From Nemertoderma westbladi (Eukaryota; Animalia; Xenacoelomorpha): a DNA stretch of 64,000 bases. How positions within the stretch are numbered: the first letter of the stretch is position 1; every line of letters begins with the position of its first letter. The DNA is taken from NCBI GenBank assembly GCA_032718475.1, contig JAUCBJ010000358.1, forward strand, positions 1-64,000, given 5' to 3'. The notes beneath the pieces were generated by a model. The model saw nothing but the letters and a program-made list of their open reading frames with translations. It searched no databases and was not told where the DNA came from. Made by a program: the position numbers and the translations under genes. Below, in pieces: positions 34,649 through 47,884 of this stretch.

Positions 34649-37195
34649 TCAAATTTTCCAGTACACCACTAAAAACACAAATTTTCCAGTACACCACAAA
34701 ACACAAAAACTTTTCAGTACGCCAATAAACGCACAAATTTTCCAGTACGCCACTAAACACACAAATATTCCAGTACGCCAATAAACACACAAATTTTTCA
34801 GTACACCACTAAAAACACAAATTTTCCAGTACACCACAAAACACAAAAACTTTTCAGTACGCCAATAAACGCACAAATTTTCCAGTACGCCACTAAACAC
34901 ACAAATATTCCAGTACGCCAATAAACACACAAATTTTCCTGTACGCCACTAAACACACAAATTTTTCAGTACGCCACTAAAAACACAAATTTTACTGTAC
35001 GCCACTAAACACACAAATTTTTCTGTACGTCACTAAAATCACAAATTTTCCAGTACGCCACTAAAAACACAAATTTTCCAGTACACCACAAAACACAAAA
35101 ACTTTTCAGTACGCCAATAAACGAACAAATTTTCCAGTACGCCACTAAACACACAAATATTCCAGTACGCCAATAAACACACAAATTTTTCAGTACGCCA
35201 CTAAAAACACAAATTTTACTGTACGCCACTAAACACACAAATTTTTCTGTACGTCACTAAAATCACAAATTTTCCAGTACGCCACTAAACACACAAATTT
35301 TCAAGTACGCCAATAAACAGTCATATTTTCCTGCACGGCACTAAACACACAAATATTCCAGTACGCCAATAAACACACAAATTTTCCAGTACGCCACTAA
35401 ACACACAAATATTCCAGTACGCCACTAAACACACAAACTTTCCAGTACGCCACTAAACACACAAATATTCCAGTACGCCACTAAACACAAAAACTTTCCA
35501 GTACGCCAATAAACGCACAAATTTTCCAGTACGCCACTAAACACACAAATATTCCAGTACGCCACTAAACACACAAACTTTCCAGTACGCCACTAAACAC
35601 ACAAATATTCCAGTACGCCAATAAACACACAAAGTTTTCAGTACGCCACTAAAAACACAAATTTTCCAGTACGCCGCTAAACACACAAACTTTCCAGTAC
35701 GCCACTAAACACAAAAACTTTCCAGTACGCCAATAAACACACAACATTTTTTAGTACGCCACTAAAAACACAAATTTTACTGTACGCCACTAAACACACA
35801 AATTTTTCTGTACGTCACTAAAATCACAAGTTTTACAGTGTGCCACTACTTTCCAGTACGCCACTAAACACACAAACTTTCCAGTACGCCAATAAACACA
35901 CAAAATGTTTTAATACGCCACTAAAAACACAAATTTTACTGTAGGCCACTAAACACACAAATTTTTCTGTACGTCACTAAAATCACAAGTTTTACAGTAC
36001 GCCTCAAAACACACAAATTTTCAAGTACGCCAATAAACAGTCATATTTTCCTGCACGGCACTAAACACACAAATTTTCCAGTACGCCACTAAAATCACAA
36101 GCGCCACTAAAAATCACAAATTTTCCAGTACGCCACTAAACACACAAACTTTCTAGTACGTCAATAAACACACCAATTTTCCAGTACGCCACTAAACACA
36201 CAAATTTTCCAGTACGCCACTAAACACACATATTTTCCAGTACGCCACTAAACTGTCAAATTTTCCTGTACGCCACTAAACACACAAAATTTCCAGTACG
36301 CCAAAAAACAGTCATATTTTCCTGTACGGCACTAAACACACAAAGTTTCCAGTACGCCACTAAAATCACAAGCGCCACTAAAGACACAAATTTCCCAGTA
36401 CGCCACTAAACACACAAATTTCCAGTACGCCAATAAACAGTCAAATTTTCCTGTACGGCACTAAACACATAAATTTTCAAGTACGCCACTAAAAACACAA
36501 ATTTTCCAGTACGCCACTAAACACACAAACTTTCCAGTACGCCACTAAAAACACAAATTTTCCAGTACGCCACTAAACACACAAATTTTCCTGTACGCCA
36601 CTAAACATACAAATTTTCCAGTACGCCACTAAACATACAAATTTTCCAGTACGCCACTAAACACACAAATTTTCCTGTACGTCACTAAACATACAAATTT
36701 TCCACGACGCCACTAAACATACAAATTTTCCTGTACGCTACTAAACATACAAATTTTCCAGTACGCCACTAAACACACAAATTTTCCAGTACGCCACTAA
36801 ACACACAAATTTTCCGGTACGCCACTAAACACACAAATTTTCAAGTACGCCACTAAACACACAAATTTTCCAGTACGCCACTAAACATACAAATTTTCCT
36901 GTACGCTACTAAACATACAAATTTTCCAGTACGCCACTAAACATACAAATTTTCCAGTACGCCACTAAACATACAAATTTTCCAGTACGCAGCTAAACAT
37001 ACAAATTTTCCTGTACGCTACTAAACATACAAATTTTCCAGTACGCTACTAAACATACAAATTTTCCAGTACGCCACTAAACACACAAATTTTCCTGTAC
37101 GCCACTAAACACACAAATTTTCCAGTACGCCACTAAACACACAAATTTTCCAGTACGCCACTAAACACACAAATTTTCCTGTACGCCTCTAAAAA
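34649..37195. repeat. Satellite, 28-bp unit AAATTTTCCAGTACGCCACTAAACACAC (~2.5 kb)
   Basis: Directly visible. Confidence 0.97.
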
Positions 37196-37874
37196 CGTTT
37201 TCTAATGTGGTACTATTGTGATCACTAATAATAATTATTGAAACGTTCTTCAAAAATAACCGTGAAGTTATGGATAATTATATTATTAACATGGCCGAAA
37301 GGTCATTAAGAATAAATCACCACAAAGTAGTTAGAGAATCAAACTCATTATTAATTACCTTTGCGCAGTTAGTATATCTCATATATTATTTGTATTCGTT
37401 AATTAAACAATCTTTAACTGCGCACCACCAATACAGAATTTACATTCACTTTGTACAAAGCCAAAATAATTTGTTAGCTGAAAGCAATTTCAATAGCTTT
37501 GTTTGCACATGACATTACCGACGCCAATAGTAGATATTAATAATGACGGATCATAGTCCAGTTATTTATAACAAACTAGTTCACCACGTACGTGACACGT
37601 GACTACGATTTCTACAGTACAGTAAGAGAAAATTTAAATTCAGAATATTCAAGAAAATCATTTTGCTTGTCTATTCTGTTGGCTGGCTTGTTGGTTAGAT
37701 AATTTCCCCTATATGAATTACACAGGGTGTACCTGCAGTATATTGGATGGGACACGATTCTTATTAGATGATTTGGGATAATTTGGATGAATTTCCTGTA
37801 ATTTAGATGGAACTGATTTCACTGCAGTTTCCATACAGAATGACCGTGACAGGTGTAAACGCTACCCTGAAAAC

Positions 37875-40800
37875 CTACAGCAGACAACCGACAGCAGACA
37901 ACCACAACCGACAGCAGACAACCACAACCGACAGCAGATAACCACAACCGACAGCAGACAACCACAACCGACAGCAGACAACCACAACAGACAGCAGACA
38001 ACCACAACCGACTGCAGACAACCACAACCGACAGCAGACAACCACAACCGACAGCAGAAAACCACAACCGACAGCAGACAACTACAACCGACAGCCGACA
38101 ACCGACAGCAGACAACCACAACCGACAGCAGGCAATCACAACCGACATCAGACATCCACAACCGACAGCAGACAACCACAACCGACAACACACAACTACA
38201 ACCGACAGCCGACAACCACAACCACAACCGACAGCAGACAACCACAACCGACAGCAGACAACCACAACCGACAGCAGACAACCACAACCGACAGCAGACA
38301 ACCACAACCACAACCGACAGCAGACAAACACAACCGACAGCAGACAACCACAACCGACTGCAGATAACTACAACCGACAGCCGACAACCACAACCGACAG
38401 CAGACAACCACAACCGACAGCAGACAACCACAACCGACAGCAGACAACCACAACTGACTGCAGACAACTACAACCGACAGCCGACAACCACAACCGACAG
38501 CAGACAACCACAACCGACAGCAGACAACCACAATCGACAGCAGACAACCACAACTGACTGCAGACAACTACAACCGACAGCCGACAACCACAACCACAAC
38601 CGACAGCAGACAACCACAACCGACATCAGACAACCACAACCGACAGCAGACAACCACAACCGACTGCAGACAACTACAACCGACAGCCAGCCGACAACCA
38701 CAACCGACAGCAGGTAACCACAACCGTCAGCAGACAACCACAACCGACAGCAGACAACCACAACCGACAGCAGAAAACCGCAACCGACAGCCACAACCAC
38801 AACCGACAGCAGACAACCACAACCGACAGCAGACAACCACAACCGACAGCAGACAACCACAACCGACAGCAGACAACCACAACCGACTGCAGACAACTAC
38901 AACCGACAGCCGACAACCACAACTGACAGCAAACAACCACAACCGACAGCAGACAACCGACAGCAGACAACCACAACCGACAGCAGAAAACCGCAACCGA
39001 CAGCCACAACCACAACCGACAGCAGACAACCACAACCGACAGCAGACAATCACAATCCACAGCAGACAACCACAACCGACAGCCGACAACCACAACCAAC
39101 AGCAGACAACCACAACCGACAGCAAAAAACCGCAACCGACAGCAGAAAACCGCAACCGACAGCCACAACCACAACCGACAGCAGACAACCACAACCGACA
39201 GCAGACAACCACAACCGACAGCAGACAACCACAACCGACAGCCGACAGCAGACAACCACAACCGACAGCAGACAACCACAACCGACAACAGACAACCACA
39301 ACCGACAGCAGACAACCACAACCGACAGCCGACAACCACAACCAACAGCAGACAACCACAACCGACAGCAGACAACCACAACCGACAGCAGAAAACCGCA
39401 ACCGACAGCCACAACTACAACCGATAGCACACAACCACAACCGACAGCAGACAACCACAACCGACAGCAGACAACCACAACCGACAGCAGACAACCACAA
39501 CCGACAGCCACAACCGCAACCGACAGCAGACAACCACATCCGACAGCCGACAGCAGACAACCACAACCGACAGCAGACAACCACAACCGACAGCAGAAAA
39601 GCGCAACCGACAGCCACAACCGCAACCGACAGCAGACAACCACAACCGACAGCAGACAACCACAACCGACAGCAGACAACCACAACCGACAGCAGACAAC
39701 CACAACCGACAGCAGACAACCACAACCGACAGCAGACAACCACATCCGACAGCCGACAGCAGACAACCACAACCGACAGCAGACAACCACAACCGACAGC
39801 AGAAAACCGCAACCGACAGCCACAACCGCAACCGACAGCAGACAACCACAACCGACAGCAGACAACCACAACCGACAGCAGACAACCACAACCGATAGCA
39901 GACAACCACAACCGACAGCAGACAACCACCACCAACAGCAGACAACCATAACCGACAGCCGACAACCACAACCGACAGCAGACAACCACAAACGACAGCA
40001 GACAACCACAACCGACAGCAGACAACCACAACCGACAGCAGACAACCACAACCGACAGCAGACAACCACAACAGACAGCAGACAACCACAACCGACTGCA
40101 GACAACAACAACCGACAGCCGACAACCGACAGCAGACAACCACAACCGACAGCAGACAATCACAACCGACAGCAGACATCCACAACCGACAGCAGACAAC
40201 CACAACCGACAGCAGACAACCACAACCGACTGCAGACAACTACAACCGACAGCCGACAACTACAACCGACAGCAGACAACCACAACCGACAGCAGACAAC
40301 CACAACCGACAGCAGACAACCACAACCGACAGCAGACAACAACAACCGACAGCAGACAACCACAACCGACAGCAGACAACCACAACCGACTGCAGACAAC
40401 TACAACCTGCAGCCGACAACCACAACTGACGGCAGACAACCACAACCGACAGCAGACAACCACAACCAACAGCAGACAACCACAACCGACTGCAGACAAC
40501 TACAACCGACAGCCGACAACCACAACCACAACCGACAGCAGAGAACCACAACCGACATCAGACAACCACAACCGACAGCAGACAACCACAACCGACTGCA
40601 GACAACTACAACCGACAGCCAGCCGACAACCACAACCGACAGCAGATAACCACAACCGACAGCAGACAACCACAACCGACAGCAGACAACCACAACCGAC
40701 AGCAGAAAACCGCAACCGACAGCCACAACCACAACCGACAGCAGACAACCACAACCGACAGCAGACAACCACAACCGACAGCAGACAACCACAACCGACA

Positions 40801-43043
40801 GCAGACAACCACAACCGACTGCAGACAACTACAACCGACAACCGACAACCACAACCACAACCGACATCAAACAACCACAACCGACAGCAGACAACCGACA
40901 GCAGAAAACCGCAACCGACAGTCACAACCACAACCACAACCGACAGCAGACAACCACAACCGACAGCAGACAACCACAACCCACAGCAGACAACCACAAC
41001 CGACAGCCGACAACCACAACCAACAGCAGACAACCACAACCGACAGCAGAAAACCGCAACCGACAGCAGAAAACCGCAACCGACAGCCACAACCACAACC
41101 GACAGCAGACAACCACAACCGACAGCAGACAACCACAACCGACAGCAGACAACCACAACCGACAGCAGACAACCACAACCGACAGCAGACAACCACAACC
41201 GACAGCAGACAACCACATCCGACAGCCGACAGCAGACAACCACAACCGACAGCAGACAACCACAACCGACAGCAGAAAACCGCAACCGACAGCCACAACC
41301 GCAACCGACAGCAGACAACCACAACCGACAGCAGACAACCACAACCGACAGCAGACAACCACAACCGACAGCAGACAACCACAACCGACAGTCGACAGCA
41401 GACAACCACAACCGACAGCAGACAACCACAACCGACAGCAGACAACCACAACCAACAGCAGACAACCATAACCGACAGCCGACAACCACAACCAACAGCA
41501 GACCACCACAACCGACAGCAGACAACCATAACCGACAGCAGACAACCACAACCGACAGCAGACAACCACAACCGACAGCAGACAACCACAACCGACAGCA
41601 GACAACCACAACCGACAGCAGACAACCACAACAGACAGCAGACAACCACAACCGACTGCAGACAACAACAACCGACAGCCGACAACCGACAGCAGACAAC
41701 CACAACCGACAGCAGACAATCACAACCGACAGCAGACATCCACAACCGACAGCAGACAACCACAACCGACTGCAGACAACCACAACCGACTGCAGACAAC
41801 TACAACCGACAGCCGACAACTACAACCGACAGCAGACAACCACAACCGACAGCAGACAACCACAACCGACAGCAGACAACCACAACCGACAGCAGACAAC
41901 AACAACCGACAGCAGACAACCACAACCGACAGCAGACAACCACAACCGACTGCAGACAACTACAACCTGCAGCCGACAACCACAACCGACGGCAGACAAC
42001 CACAACCGACAGCAGACAACCACAACCAACAGCAGACAACCACAACCGACTGCAGACAACTACAACCGACAGCCGACAACCACAACCACAACCGACAGCA
42101 GAGAACCACAACCGACATCAGACAACCACAACCGACAGCAGACAACCACAACCGACTGCAGACAACTACAACCGACAGCCAGCCGACAACCACAACCGAC
42201 AGCAGATAACCACAACCGACAGCAGACAACCACAACCGACAGCAGACAACCACAACCGACAGCAGAAAACCGCAACCGACAGCCACAACCACAACCGACA
42301 GCAGACAACCACAACCGACAGCAGACAACCACAACCGACAGCAGACAACCACAACCGACAGCAGACAACCACAACCGACTGCAGACAACTACAACCGACA
42401 ACCGACAACCACAACCACAACCGACATCAAACAACCACAACCGACAGCAGACAACCGACAGCAGAAAACCGCAACCGACAGTCACAACCACAACCACAAC
42501 CGACAGCAGACAACCACAACCGACAGCAGACAACCACAACCCACAGCAGACAACCACAACCCACAGCCGACAACCACAACCAACAGCAGACAACCACAAC
42601 CGACAGCAGAAAACCGCAACCGACAGCAGAAAACCGCAACCGACAGCAGAAAACCGCAACCGACAGCCACAACCACAACCGACAGCAGACAACCACAACC
42701 GACAGCAGACAACCACAACCGACAGCACACAACCACAACCGACAGCAGACAACCACAACCGATAACAGACAACCACAACCGACAGCAGACAACCACAACC
42801 GACAGCAGACAACCACAACCGACAGCCGACAGCAGACAACCATAACCGACAGCAGACAACCACAACCGACAGTCGACAGCAGACAACCACAACCGACAGC
42901 AGACAACCACAGCCGACAGCAGACAACCACAACCGAGAGCAGACAACCACACCGACAGCAGACATAACCACAACCGACAGCAGACAACCATAACCGACAG
43001 CAGACAACCACAACCGACAGCTGACAGCAGACAACCACAACCG
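37875..43043. repeat. Satellite, 20-bp unit CACAACCGACAGCAGACAAC (~5.2 kb) with higher-order duplication
   Basis: Directly visible; the variant pattern recurs at a 1560-bp offset. Confidence 0.97.
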
Positions 43044-43473
43044 TTATTATTATAAACACAAATGAAACTAGAACCTGCGCTCTTGACTCTTGGTTATTGT
43101 TTTGGTTAGAATAACTCGCCACTTTACTGTCATTTTCTCCTTTCCCTTAACTTTTATAATGTTTGTCTGATGTCGTCGTAAACCTTTGCTCCCATTTTTG
43201 CGCTACTTTTATTCGACCTGGATTTAGGACAACGCAATTATTTTTACTTTAGGTCAATCCAATTGGGATGTGCAGTCACTCGCCCAATAAAATGTAAAAC
43301 AAAAACTAAAATCACCTTCCCAATAAGCCACTCGCCCAACACGTTGCTAAAAATCACATGATGCTACAATATTCATTATAATATAAATGTATCAAATTTA
43401 TATGTAATTAATGTTCTGGTTAGAATTTCGCACATACAATACATTCTACAAATTTCAAAATTTATCAAAACCA

Positions 43474-43560
43474 AAAGTTAAATCCGGCTCTATAAAACCC
43501 ACAAAGTTAAATCCGGCTCTATAAAACCCACAAAGTTAAATCCGGCTCTATAAAACCCAC
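43474..43560. repeat. 3 x 29-bp tandem repeat AAAGTTAAATCCGGCTCTATAAAACCCAC
   Basis: Directly visible. Confidence 0.9.
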
Positions 43561-46539
43561 TACTACATTTTTAAATCTTTCATATTTGGACCCCATGGGC
43601 GGCACTCTGTCGCCTTAATCATTTATAACATAATTATTGGCTAATATTTATTATTAGCTTTACTATTTACTATTATATTACTATTTAATATATAGCCAAT
43701 ATTAAATTAACTTTTCTACTGTAAGCCAGTTTTTCCTGCCCAACAAGAATATGAACTCCATTTTCCGTCCCAGAAGTTAACAAAGTTATATGAGGTCCTT
43801 ATATAAAAGAGACACCCTGCCGCCCTGGAGCTGGAAATCAAGTTTTTAATTATCTAAAGGCGATGCACTGCCGCCTTAATGAACATATATGGTACTGAAT
43901 TATATGGAATGTTAAATGCAGCAGTGTGCCACCTTTTTTAAGTGTTGGTACGCAAAGGGTTAAATGTGAATATTGGGCAAGAAGGCCTAATGAATGTACA
44001 GTACTTGGCAAGTAAGTGATGCATTTGGCTATTGGGCAAGTGATTCTCTTGATTTTTATTGACTCATTGGGCAACTGATTTAGATTGTTAATATTGTTTT
44101 TCAGGAGATCAACCAAATTTTCAATATGTTTGATCGGTTTTCACCACATTGTTTATTGTTTGAGTTTTCATAGTCGTTGTATATTTGGGATGCAGACACT
44201 CTTGTCCAATAGGACACTTACCCAATAGGTCACCCGTCCAATGTAAACCGATTTTATGTCACTTGCCCAATATTGGGAATGTGCTTAACGGAAATCTGCG
44301 TAATCATGATGATGACCGACTATAATACAGTACAGTTAGTAGTAGGTCATGGCGCCATGCAAAGCATTACTAAGAACTATTAATGATAATGTTTTCAAAC
44401 CATGTGTTAACCAAGGAACACAATTACCAATCGAGCAGAAGGCTCTTATATTAAATAGGACCAATATTAAACTCTCAAAATATTCGGCAAGTGTCCTATT
44501 CGGAAACTGATCTATTGGGAATGTGACCATAGCAGATCTAGTTATTAGGGAAGTCACTCATAGGGAAAGTGTCTTAAGGTAAATATTATTGGGAAAAAAC
44601 TCATTGGGGAATGTCCCTATTGGGCATCTATCTCATGACCAGATAGTGACGCACATTGACCGCAAGTGAAAATAGTGATCTTCAGCGCAAATTGACCGCA
44701 AGTGAAATAATGTATAGTTTATTGTTTTGGTTAGAAAACACCGCCACTGTAACCTGCTCCTTTCTCTTAATGTTTTTAATTAAATTAAACTAATTTTTAA
44801 AACCCACTGAAATTTATTTTGTGTTTGCGGTCATTTTGCGCCATTAACTCCTCCTGACAGTTAATCGTAGATTTTCCATCTTTTATTTTAGTTTGGCCTA
44901 TCTACAGTAGGCCCTATGCCTTTAATATTGCTTTTCGCATTCATTTTCCACGCCGTTATCCTGTCTGTGCCTTTTCGTTTCATTTTTGTGGCATAAGAGG
45001 TGTGAACCTGGGATTTCTAACCATGGAGTCTCACAGAAATTTTTTTGTTTTATTAATTCTAGAACGCAGTGTTTTTAAATAGCGTTTGGGCCATCTAAAT
45101 TAATAAGATGGCCTTATATGGTTTTGCAATTTGCTCAATTATTTTAGCGCACAAGCTGGCCAATGCTATTGATTCCTCTCGAACATTCATATTTACACAT
45201 GAAAGGCTACCAGTAGCAGTAAGTCATATTATTACTGCGGTGGAGTGTGCCAGTGCAGTGCCCTGAGCCCAGAGCGAACCGTGGCTTGCACCAGCCTTCA
45301 GATTATATTTAAGTCGTATCGTTTTATCAAATAGTACCGGTACGATTTAGCTCAATAATATGCTTTTACGAATGCGGAAATGAGAATAGATGACAGGATG
45401 GATGGCAATCAATATTTATTCCCATTTAGGAAGCTATGAATAATTACTATCTGAAATTTACCTCTTACATTGCCTGATGGGTGGGTGAGGGTGACTTCCA
45501 CCTCTGTCAAATGGGTAGTTTGGTTATTCGGATTAGTTAAATCTTCCGTTTATGTAGATTAGTGGTGATGGGATTTTTAAGGTAGGAGTGATTGATTGTG
45601 TCTGTCTAGGGAGGGAGGGAAGGAAGCAACCCAACAATTCCACATAAAGGTGATACCGGAGACACTAGTGACGTACAAATAGCACACATGGCCTATACCT
45701 TGTTATTTCCCGAGTCCGAGATTAGTGATTGGTTCAACAGTAATATGTAGCTTGTGCATTATCCCATGTTTTACTCTGAGTTCGGGCTCTCTTGTGTAAC
45801 CCTGGCGTGGTGTGTTGCAGCAGGAATGCCTGCTAGCAGCAATTACGTTGCCTGTACTACACATACACTAGCGGAAACATGGTAGAGTGAGGGGTTAATA
45901 ATGATGGGAACTCCCTTTCTTATCCAGTACTGCGCATTGCATAGAAATGCGCCTGACAGTTGAGGCTGCAATTGAAGGATACTGTTACTGGTAATGTGGT
46001 TCTCCATGCTGTTTACTGATTTAGGAGCTAACTAACTGACTTACTAACTGGATTTCAACCATTCAACTTCTGATAAAAGCCATCTTTTTCCGCCTTCTCT
46101 TGAGAGTATTGTTATTGTAGCATTTAGAGCTGCTGCCATTCTATGCTCATATTAATTGCATTATCGAATAGTTGGATTGTAATATGAGACATGTGCTGCA
46201 CTGCGGGCAGAGCACGCTGGTAACAAACGTTAAATTACAACTATCTGTAAACAGGTGCCGGTTATACTCATAGCCATATAATCATTGCATTCGAAGTGCA
46301 GCAATCCATATCTCTCACATCACAATGAGTAATCAATACTATATTCAGCGGTTATGGCAATCCTTGTTTACAATACGGTAAGCTTTCAAAAATTGAAGTT
46401 AGTTTCTGTCAACATATCCCACGTGTGCCATGAAAATCGATATTTGCTCACGATTGAAATAATGCGCCTAGAAATTTCGGCAAAACATAATAAAGTGATT
46501 CGAATCGAATGTGGCGTTCAAATACAGATTCAGATTGGG

Positions 46540-46750
46540 GTGCGGGGTTCTCAATTTAATAAAAATTAATCCCTCTCCAGGGGAAATAAACGCAAAAAAC
46601 AGCTGATTACTCTCAAAAATAAAACTGTAACCTGTTCTATGGACTTTTATATATAGTTACGGCTGGAATAACGTGCCAATGGATAGGTATTAAAGATATT
46701 ATTTAATTCCGATATGGGATTTGCGCCCAGTGCCCCCTATCCCCGGTCTT
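46540..46750 (+). mobile_element. MITE family A copy, diverged
   Basis: ATCCCTCTCCAGGGGAAAT...GATTACTCTCAAAAATAAAACT..AACCTGTTCTAT is shared with 23360-23435. Confidence 0.6.
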
Positions 46751-47193
46751 ACATTATTATTATAATATGTCTCTGTCGGACTGTCACCATGCTCAGTCAG
46801 GCCGTCACATATTGATGTTTGGAATATTGTAAGTACATGGTAGTTAACACGTTGCAACTTTTAGGGTTTAAAGTCAAACACGCTTAGCTGTGTTGCTCAT
46901 TAAACTACAGTTACAACTGCATAAACTAACTCTCCTATGCCGGAGGTAAGTTAATGATAGTTGCCCTAGAAACAGATAAGTTGCTCAGAAAAACCAATAC
47001 AAATTTCGTTTGCACAATCAGTATAATAAATCTGGTGGCAATCCAACAAACCCCGCCACATAGGAAATTCTATGACGTATAATTCAATTTATTATCCAGT
47101 CATTACCAACCAGAACCAAGAAATGTTATCATACTTCCACAATTTAAGGCTACCAACACTAACTAATATTAATAATATAAGAATTTAATAGTA

Positions 47194-47884
47194 TAGTGTC
47201 GTTTTTCTGGTACATGCCATGCACCCCCCCCCCCCCCCCCCCCCCCAAAAAAAATTGATCTTTGACGCATTTTTTAACAATTCTTAATGAGATTACATGA
47301 AATTTAAAATAGAGACAGATTCACGTAACTCAACCTCCGTGGACGAGTCTTAATTTTATTTTTGCCATCGTTTTTTTTAGCTACACGCGTTTAAAAAGGT
47401 GTCTTCGTCGATATTGCACCAGCCTGTTCTACCTTACACAGGTGGAAAGCGGGCCATGCAAAGATTCCAAATATGTAACATAATGTGACTCGTCGTAAAA
47501 TGGCTGAGATATGAGCGTTCAAAAGTTGCGTGGTTTTTCACCTGCTCAAGACTAGTCTGTTATATTTAATAAATACACCATATTCTGGAACATTTTGATT
47601 ATGTATTAATAGCTATATAATAGTATGACTAAATGGGTATTATATTGTTGCCCAGCTACGTATGGGATAAATAAAATGTTCCAGAATATGGTATATTTAT
47701 TAAATAGAATAAAATAGCCTCGCGCAGGTGCAAAAGTCTAGCTAAATAACAGCGAAATAAAAATTCTGACTCACCCACTGACTGACTGAATCTGCTTAAA
47801 ATTGCATGCATGCAATCTGATTAAGATTTGCAGAAAAATTGGGGGGAGGGGGGGGGGGGGGCGTGTACCAGAAAAACGACAATA
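47194..47884. mobile_element. Fold-back MITE family B copy
   Basis: TIRs GTCGTTTTTCTGGTACA..(C)n / (G)n..TGTACCAGAAAAACGAC; internal similarity to 28680-28830. Confidence 0.75.

Noticed and set aside
34649-37195. 28-bp repeat of CRISPR-like length
   Set aside because: Contiguous units without spacers; a satellite.
37819-43122. Cys/Val-rich ORFs up to 510 aa (metallothionein/keratin-like look)
   Set aside because: Artefacts of a 20-bp satellite whose unit is not a multiple of 3; they appear in all three minus frames.
43250-44640. Region with many CCCAAT/ATTGGG motifs
   Set aside because: Probably degenerate TE subterminal repeats, but I could not define termini or a TSD.
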